Positions 7,996 to 13,597 of a stretch of DNA of 13,597 nucleotides are shown one piece after another; the stretch's first letter is position 1, and each line of letters starts with the position of its first letter. This stretch comes from Candidatus Jordarchaeia archaeon (lineage in GTDB: Archaea; Asgardarchaeota; Jordiarchaeia; Jordiarchaeales; Jordiarchaeaceae). The stretch covers positions 1-13,597 of the forward strand of contig JAHQXB010000038.1 of assembly GCA_029856435.1 (NCBI GenBank), read 5' to 3'. A program made the position numbers and the translations under genes. Under the pieces are notes generated by a model, which was given only the letters and a program-made list of their open reading frames with translations, did no database searches and had not been told where the DNA came from.

Positions 7996-8397
7996 CTATT
8001 TTTTCAGCCATCTGAAGGGAAACCGCTTCTTTTTACTCTCTAACTCTTCTAACTGGTTTGTAACCTCTGCTATCTCTTCTTGAAGACTTTCTAATCGCTG
8101 TTTCAGCGTCTTCTCCTGATCTATGGAGCTGTTTAAGACAGTAGATGGAATGCTCTGAGGCAATGTGGCTCCTCCAAAAATTTGGTAGGCGGGTACAACA
8201 CTTCCGTCTGGGGCTTGATAGTAGGCATTTGGACCGTAACCGCATCGGCAGCGTCCAATATACCTGTAACCCGTTGGAGTTGGGGGAGCGCTTTGAATTT
8301 TTCTGATATTTGGGTTTTCTGTGCTAAGGGGGGTGGGTTTTATTTCTGGTGTATTGCGCCAACAGGCTGGGTTTTTCCTCCGTCCTCTGAATCTCAT
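7996..8397 (-). CDS. Small protein with YRYIGRCRCGYGP motif and C-terminal coiled coil (DUF5320-like)
   Basis: Basic N-terminus, Pro-rich linker, CxC motif and an LKQRLESLQEEIAEVTNQLEELE heptad pattern; GGAG upstream; first gene of the operon. Family assignment is from memory and unverified. Confidence 0.65.
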   Translation of the reverse strand: MRFRGRRKNPACWRNTPEIKPTPLSTENPNIRKIQSAPPTPTGYRYIGRCRCGYGPNAYYQAPDGSVVPAYQIFGGATLPQSIPSTVLNSSIDQEKTLKQRLESLQEEIAEVTNQLEELESKKKRFPFRWLKK

Positions 8398-8430
8398 AAG
8401 GATTCATCTCCATTACCGGGTTTAAGGAAA

Positions 8431-8474
8431 TTTTGTGCATATGCACGAAAATTATTTTGTGCAAGTGCACATAA
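8431..8474. promoter_or_regulatory. Two tandem palindromic operator-like sites
   Basis: TTTTGTGCAT|ATGCACGAAA (8431-8450, 9/10 pairs) and TTTTGTGCAA|GTGCACATAA (8455-8474, 8/10 pairs); centres 24 bp apart. Confidence 0.75.
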
Positions 8475-8483
8475 AATCTGGAA

Positions 8484-8498
8484 TATTTAAAGTTTTTG
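8484..8498 (-). promoter_or_regulatory. BRE/TATA promoter of the minus-strand operon
   Basis: Minus strand reads CAAAAAC-TTTAAATA (TATA at 8491-8484). The expected start site is around 8460. Confidence 0.55.
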
Positions 8499-8702
8499 TC
8501 AAGTGATTTCAATATTTTTTAGCTTTACTGATATGCTAATCGCTGTGGATTTATAATTTAAATATTTATTCCCATATTTGTTTATATTTTAACCGCAAAA
8601 AATAATAATTGTTTACTTTTTAAATATAATTGGGTGCCGTTTACAATCGTATGCAAAAAAGATGAAATCAAACCATCAGGGGTTATGAAAAAAGGAGGGC
8701 CT

Positions 8703-9245
8703 ATGGTAATGGCTTCAAGTGTCAAGAACGAGACTGTTAGCGTACCCTACGAGACCATTATTGGCGAAGATTTTGATGAAGATACTTTCAGGGTCTTAAG
8801 GCATCTTTCAGTTGATAGTGAGTCTACTGACGAAGAGATAGCGTCTAAAGCCAACATGAGTGTTAATTGTGTAAGAAGAGCTCTCTACAAACTTTATGAT
8901 ACGCGCATCGCAACCTATCGCAGAGTTCGAGATACCAAAACAAGCTACTTTGTACACCTCTGGAAACTGTTACCAGTAAAATCTAACATTCAAACCTACA
9001 AGAAAAAAGCCAAATTTGTGATTGAGAAGCTAAAGCAGAGACTAGAATTCGAAAGGAAAAATGTTTTCTACCACTGTGGCAATAAAGATTGTCCCTACAT
9101 CACCTTCGATGAAGCGGTAGAATCCCGGTTTAAGTGTCCAGTCTGCTCAACGCCTCTCCAATACGTAAACAATGAGAAAGCAATAGAATTTTTAAGTAGA
9201 AAAATTGATGAGTTAAAAGAAGAGGTGGAAAATCTACCTCCATAA
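8703..9245 (+). CDS. tfe: Transcription initiation factor E subunit alpha (possibly a paralog)
   Basis: Winged HTH TDEEIA...VNCVRRALYKLY...YRRVRD...WKL; KLKQRLEFE; zinc ribbon YHCGNKDC..ITFDEA....FKCPVC..L...N. AGGAGGG at 8693-8699 supports ATG 8703 or 8709 rather than GTG 8634. Confidence 0.92.
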   Translation: MVMASSVKNETVSVPYETIIGEDFDEDTFRVLRHLSVDSESTDEEIASKANMSVNCVRRALYKLYDTRIATYRRVRDTKTSYFVHLWKLLPVKSNIQTYKKKAKFVIEKLKQRLEFERKNVFYHCGNKDCPYITFDEAVESRFKCPVCSTPLQYVNNEKAIEFLSRKIDELKEEVENLPP

Positions 9246-9317
9246 ATTAGGGTACTAACCACTTAATTTAAGAATAGTGAGAGTGAATTGAACCTATTGG
9301 TCTGGCAGGAATGAATA

Positions 9318-9887
9318 ATGGACGACATTGATAGGAAAATAATTGAGCAACTTTGCATTAATGGTAGAGTTACACTCCAAGAGATGGGCAAAAGGATTGG
9401 ATATACCAGTATGGGTGTCAAAAAAAGACTTGACAAGCTAACCGAAAGCGGACTAATTAAAAACAAAGCATTACTGAATGCTTCCCTAATGAATCTTTAT
9501 CCCGCCCTAGTTTTTCTTGAGATTGAGACTGAAGAAGATATGAGAAAAATCATAGAAAAATTTCAAAAATGCCCACGAATAATCAAAATGTTCAAGTCCA
9601 TGGGCGGATACAATTTAATAGCAATAGTGGTCGCAGAAGACCAAAGCACACTAGAATGCATATCTATGGGCAAGTGCTCACTGAGAAGCCAAAAGGGCAT
9701 TCGCAGATCAGACTTTTACCCTGTAGCAGAAGTCTATTATGACCCTTACATTGATTTGAATATAGGCTCAAAAGGAAAATATGTAAAACCCCCCTGCGGT
9801 GTGGACTGCAAAAACTGTGTAAAGTACCAAGAAGAAAAATGCGTAGCCTGCCCCTCCACAAACCTATACAAAGGAAAAATTTACTAA
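9318..9887 (+). CDS. Lrp/AsnC family transcriptional regulator with C-terminal Cys-rich motif
   Basis: MDDIDRKIIEQL..NGRVTL.EMGKRIG...GVKKRLDKL..SGLIK (AsnC HTH), a RAM-like domain with GGYNLIAIV, and the tail CGVDCKNCVKYQEEKCVACP. Confidence 0.88.
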   Translation: MDDIDRKIIEQLCINGRVTLQEMGKRIGYTSMGVKKRLDKLTESGLIKNKALLNASLMNLYPALVFLEIETEEDMRKIIEKFQKCPRIIKMFKSMGGYNLIAIVVAEDQSTLECISMGKCSLRSQKGIRRSDFYPVAEVYYDPYIDLNIGSKGKYVKPPCGVDCKNCVKYQEEKCVACPSTNLYKGKIY

Positions 9888-10068
9888 CCCAATTATTAAC
9901 CATTTAGTTTTTGGCCTAATATTTACACTAAACTTTTGTTCCAGCCGAGAAACTCTTGTATCCCTTCTTTATTTTATAAAATGTGCAGAAACAGTTATAT
10001 TAGAAGCTAACCGTGCAAATGTATCGGAAATATTTTTTTCTTTCCTGTTCACGTTTTTTAGAGAGGGT

Positions 10069-11190
10069 TCACTTCATTTTTTGGAGGAAGTGGTCAATTT
10101 TTTCTATTCCCTTTACCAATTTTTCGGTTTCGTACCCGAAGCCTATGCGGAAGTGGTGTTCGGTGTCTTGATCTCCGAAAAGTGTTCCTGGAATTATCAG
10201 GACCTTCTCTTCCTCTGCTAGTCTGCTACATAGCGTAATTGAGTCTAGGGGGAGGTTGTATCTGGGAAAAGCCACCACTCCCCCTTTGGGTGCAATCCAG
10301 CTTAACTCATCATTTTTCTTTATCCAGTTTTTAACTATTTCAAAATTTGTTCTTATGATGCGTCGATTTCGTTCCATTATTTTTTCCCGATTCTTGAGGG
10401 CAATGATGGCCAGTTTTTCTCCCAAAACATTACTACACAGAGTAACGTACTCCCTAAACTGGTTACACCTGTCAATTATATCCTTGGAGGCTGTTATCCA
10501 ACCTATTCTGGTTCCCGGCAAGCCATAAGATTTAGACATACTCTGCACACTGATGGCGTTATTGCTTATATCACAGGCAGCATCTAAATTATGCCCCTCT
10601 GGTTTGAGGTCTAAATACACTTCGTCTGAAAGTACATAAGCGCCGTTTTCTTGGGCGATTTCACAAATCTCCCTCAAAGCCTTATTATCAATCATGGAAC
10701 CCGTTGGATTATGGGGATGATTTATCACAATCATCCTAGTTCTTTGGGAAACCAACTCGTTTAACTGCTCTATATCCGGCACATAATTATTCTCTTCTCT
10801 TAGTCTCCAGGGAATAATCTTAGCTCCGAAAAATTTGGGAACCGAATACAACTGCTGATAATTTGGAAACTCAACCACCACCTCGTCGCCCTCCTGAACA
10901 AGCACACCAAATAATAAAAAGTTGGCTTCCAGCCCCCCAGTAGTAACCAATACGTTCTCCCAATCCTTTTCCCTATAGGTCAAGCTGGCCAGTTCCCTCA
11001 ACTCCCTTGAACCACCACTCTCAATGTATCCCAACTTTGTCTCAGAAAAATCTTCATCCGCCATGGCCAGAATCTCAGAGAGGGTAAACGGTTGAATTCC
11101 ACTCTCAGCAATGTTGATTTCCACGTTCAATTCATACTTCGTGAACCAACGCTCAATCCAAAAAGGCTCCAATTTCCTCTCTCTCAACAT
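10069..11190 (-). CDS. PLP-dependent class I/II aminotransferase
   Basis: NHPHNPTG, SDEVY, SMSKSYGLPGTRIGW (PLP lysine) and HFRIGFG. Start may be ATG 11190 or TTG 11172. Confidence 0.93.
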   Translation of the reverse strand: MLRERKLEPFWIERWFTKYELNVEINIAESGIQPFTLSEILAMADEDFSETKLGYIESGGSRELRELASLTYREKDWENVLVTTGGLEANFLLFGVLVQEGDEVVVEFPNYQQLYSVPKFFGAKIIPWRLREENNYVPDIEQLNELVSQRTRMIVINHPHNPTGSMIDNKALREICEIAQENGAYVLSDEVYLDLKPEGHNLDAACDISNNAISVQSMSKSYGLPGTRIGWITASKDIIDRCNQFREYVTLCSNVLGEKLAIIALKNREKIMERNRRIIRTNFEIVKNWIKKNDELSWIAPKGGVVAFPRYNLPLDSITLCSRLAEEEKVLIIPGTLFGDQDTEHHFRIGFGYETEKLVKGIEKIDHFLQKMK

Positions 11191-11761
11191 AGACACCAAA
11201 TTATATTTAAGTGATTCTCCAAAAAAAGTTTCACCTTCCCTCTAAAATAGCTCCTACACGTACAAAAACGTTTTCGAAAATCTTGCTTATTGGCTCACAA
11301 AAGTTAATTTAGACTGTGGATGGCGCACTGAAATGACCTGAGGGACTTTTTAGTTGTTTCCAATTTTGCTTGTTTTAATGTGGCTCTTTTGAAGCTTCGA
11401 TGACATTTAACTGATATTTCGCAGATTCTGCTAAGCTTTTTTGACGATTTGCTTTTTTCAAAATGGTTTGGAGATGCTTTGGCGTTTATACCGATTCGGC
11501 ATCCACATTCTCCCAAAAGCTGGAAGTGTCATGGTGAGAAGCTCCACAGCCCCATCAAAGGATTCCCAAATCCGCGAAAAATGGGTTATGAAATAAATAT
11601 TGTTTATTTTTGAATAATGGTTATACTTTATTATGAATTTTCTTAAAAAACCAATAAAAAATATAAGATAATTTTATATAACATATTCGATTCCTTAAAT
11701 ATAAAGATAAAAAGGCAAAATGAGCCCACACACCATTCAAGAATTTAAGGCGGGTTAGCGA

Positions 11762-11914
11762 TTGAAAATAATATACGCTTTCTGCGAAAAATGCGGAGCA
11801 TTCAACAATCTAAGCTGTGAATGTGAAGAATGCTATACAAGAGGGTATATTTGCAAAAACTGCGGCCACTTCAACGTGTACAACGGGAACTTAGTAGTAG
11901 AAGTAACCACATAA
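11762..11914 (+). CDS. Putative 50-aa Cys-rich zinc-finger microprotein
   Basis: Hand translation: MKIIYAFCEKCGAFNNLSCECEECYTRGYICKNCGHFNVYNGNLVVEVTT* (TTG start, TAA 11912-11914). TATA-like TTAAATATA at 11695-11703. Below the apparent ORF-track size cutoff. Confidence 0.7.
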   Translation: MKIIYAFCEKCGAFNNLSCECEECYTRGYICKNCGHFNVYNGNLVVEVTT

Positions 11915-12406
11915 AAATATTAAAACATGTATTTCAGATTCTGCGAGGCTGTTTGGTCAATTGTGTCTTTCTTTATGTGTTCAACTAGGCTGTTACACTT
12001 TTCACCTGACATGACTTCTCAAAAATTCGAAACGCAACAGAAGAGAGCTTCACAACCCCCACCCGGCTTTGGGACAAAATTCATGTTCCCCGACGCGTAT
12101 CACCCGTAATGTAGTGAAAGAGTATTGTTTTCCGCCGCATATATGACCTCTAACGGCGAAAACGCTGAGAAGAAAAAGATAAAACCAATTTCGCCAAGCC
12201 TACCTAAAGAACTTATATATATTATCACTTTTGTTCATTAATCAGAGCGGACAAATTGGCTAAAAAAATGCTCCAAAAAAGTTTCTATTTCCCGTTCACA
12301 ACTACTCAGCAAGTTAGACATTTATGTCGAGTTACGATTATTAGTCTAGCGTATGAGAATTTTTATTCCCCTTAGCTCTTGACAAATTTCTGCTCTTTAA
12401 CTCTCA

Positions 12407-13500
12407 TCATTTATATCTGTTAACAATGGACATCTTCCGCCCTATGCCAAAAGCCTTGGGAGTAATCTTAATACAGGGTAGAGCTTGCCACCTCTTATAC
12501 TCCGCTCTTCTAACTCTCCTATAGATATCCCACACAACCCCCTCAGGGTAACCCATTTCAATTAGCTCCTTTTTATTCCTTCCATTCTCTACGGTTTCGT
12601 CCACCAGTGGGCTGCCAATATCAAAATCAAATGGGTCAAACTGGTCTTCCTTAAGCTCTGCTGAGTGCTTCTTCTTAAAAAACATTTTCTGGAATAATCT
12701 CCCTTCCCGCTTTCTCATTCACATACCTTGCCAACCTATAGACTTCAAGTTTGCTTACATCACCGATTGCCCCCGATTCCTCCAGTCATATCCCCATAAA
12801 GTACAGTACCCAAGAGCCAACACGGTTTTGTTGCCCGTATTTACAGCTAATATTTCCAAATTCTTCAACTGATTAGATATGTCCATTAAACAATTGCCTC
12901 TTGCTCGTGGCTGTATATTCTCATCAACAACCGAATCATCATCCTCTTTTTTTACTCCAAAATAGTTTCTGATTTCTTGCGAGGTTTTCTCTAAAGTTCG
13001 ATGGTATTCCTCCAAAGTTTCTTGGATGGGAATGCTTACATAGCATATTCCCAGATTTTCGGCCAATTTTTGGGCGTCTTCTTTGCTGTGATCGCTTGAA
13101 AACTTGCATAGAAACACCAATCACATTACCTTTACCCAAAGCTTCAACTTCTATGCAGGTAGTAAGTGACGAGTCAATTCCTCCATTCATGCCGACAACC
13201 GCTCTCTCAAAACCCGTTTTTCTGAAATAGTCGCGAACTCCTAACACTAAGGCGTTAAACATTTCTTCCTCCCTACAATAAGGAGGAGGATCAATTTTCT
13301 GGGCAGATCCGCTTCTCAGGTCAATTTGCGTTATTATCAAATCCTCTTGGAACTGCTTACCTATACCAATTAGATTCCCAGACCTATCAACTGCGAGGCT
13401 TTGCCCATCAAACACCAGTTCATCTTGACCGCCGACTAGGTTCACATAAAAGATGGGTAACCCAGCAGTTTCTTGGTGATGTAGATTAGTCCGATTCTAC
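12407..13500 (-). pseudogene. nadE: Glutamine-dependent NAD+ synthetase pseudogene (end of nitrilase domain plus synthetase domain)
   Basis: GLPIFYVNLVGGQDELVFDGQS, GVRDYFRKTGF, GGIDSS, ENIQPRARG, NTGNK, YCTL(Y)GDM.GG, SAELKEDQ.D and RAEYKR.Q motifs are spread over several frames. Frameshifts near 13106, 12797, 12772 and 12680. Left boundary is the stop codon; right boundary is approximate. Confidence 0.88.
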
Positions 13501-13597
13501 CCTTCATTTCGAGGCTCTATAATTGGAAAAGAAGCCCTATGAAAGCTTCTTTCGAAGGCGAAATCGAACGAATCTACACCGCGACGAGAGGAGCATA

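Noticed and set aside
8431-8474. Tandem palindromes as a mini-CRISPR array or terminator
   Set aside because: Only two copies with a 4-bp gap, no spacers or cas genes, and they sit just downstream of a TATA box at a 5' end.
9318-9887. wHTH plus C-terminal Cys cluster next to tfe as TFE-beta
   Set aside because: It has an AsnC-type HTH and an intervening RAM-like domain, and its Cys spacing differs from the TFE-beta/RPC39 Fe-S motif as I recall it (Cx2Cx5Cx8C-like).
2058-9903. Many short ORF-track entries overlapping the main genes (e.g. 2058-2243, 2926-3252, 3875-4135, 4319-4579, 5755-6027, 7685-7981, 8182-8490, 8324-8512, 9263-9466, 9664-9903)
   Set aside because: They overlap well-supported genes or the promoter region in other frames or antisense and show no recognisable motifs.
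11304-11580. Coding-like stretch including the 70-aa minus-strand ORF
   Set aside because: Hand translation of the frames I checked gave no recognisable motif; it could be a gene remnant but I cannot support a call.
11927-12109. 60-aa plus-strand ORF and a 30-aa minus-strand ORF (MSGEKCNSL...)
   Set aside because: No motifs, no clear RBS and no way to distinguish them from chance ORFs.
13539-13597. Possible plus-strand gene start (MKASFEGEIERIYTATRGA...)
   Set aside because: Only 19 codons before the window edge; cannot be evaluated.

Overview
Archaeal genomic window, judged from TATA/BRE promoters, GGAGG/GGTGA ribosome-binding sites and a TFE gene; probably an anaerobe, lineage not assignable. 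From left to right: (i) the left end and truncated tnpA of an IS200/IS605 element, missing from the ORF track; (ii) a radical SAM gene; (iii) a ~6.7 kb, nine-gene minus-strand operon. In transcription order it encodes a DUF5320-like protein, an IssA-like NifB/NifX protein with Gly/Arg repeats and a zinc ribbon, two ferredoxin-inserted MinD-type ATPases, a CDF transporter-NifB/NifX fusion, a stand-alone NifB/NifX protein, Mrp/NBP35, a DUF134 HTH protein and an MBL-fold hydrolase. Its predicted promoter is overlapped by two tandem palindromes (TTTTGTGCA-NN-TGCAC); (iv) a divergent tfe and an Lrp/AsnC regulator with a Cys-rich tail; (v) a class I/II aminotransferase; (vi) a 1.2 kb gap hiding a 50-aa, 7-Cys microprotein ORF and a possible switchable RNA leader; (vii) a multiply frameshifted glutamine-dependent nadE pseudogene. 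The best candidate for an uncharacterised system is the operon plus operator plus regulators, read as a metal/Fe-S storage, maturation and export module. All family assignments are by motif recognition; no searches were run.
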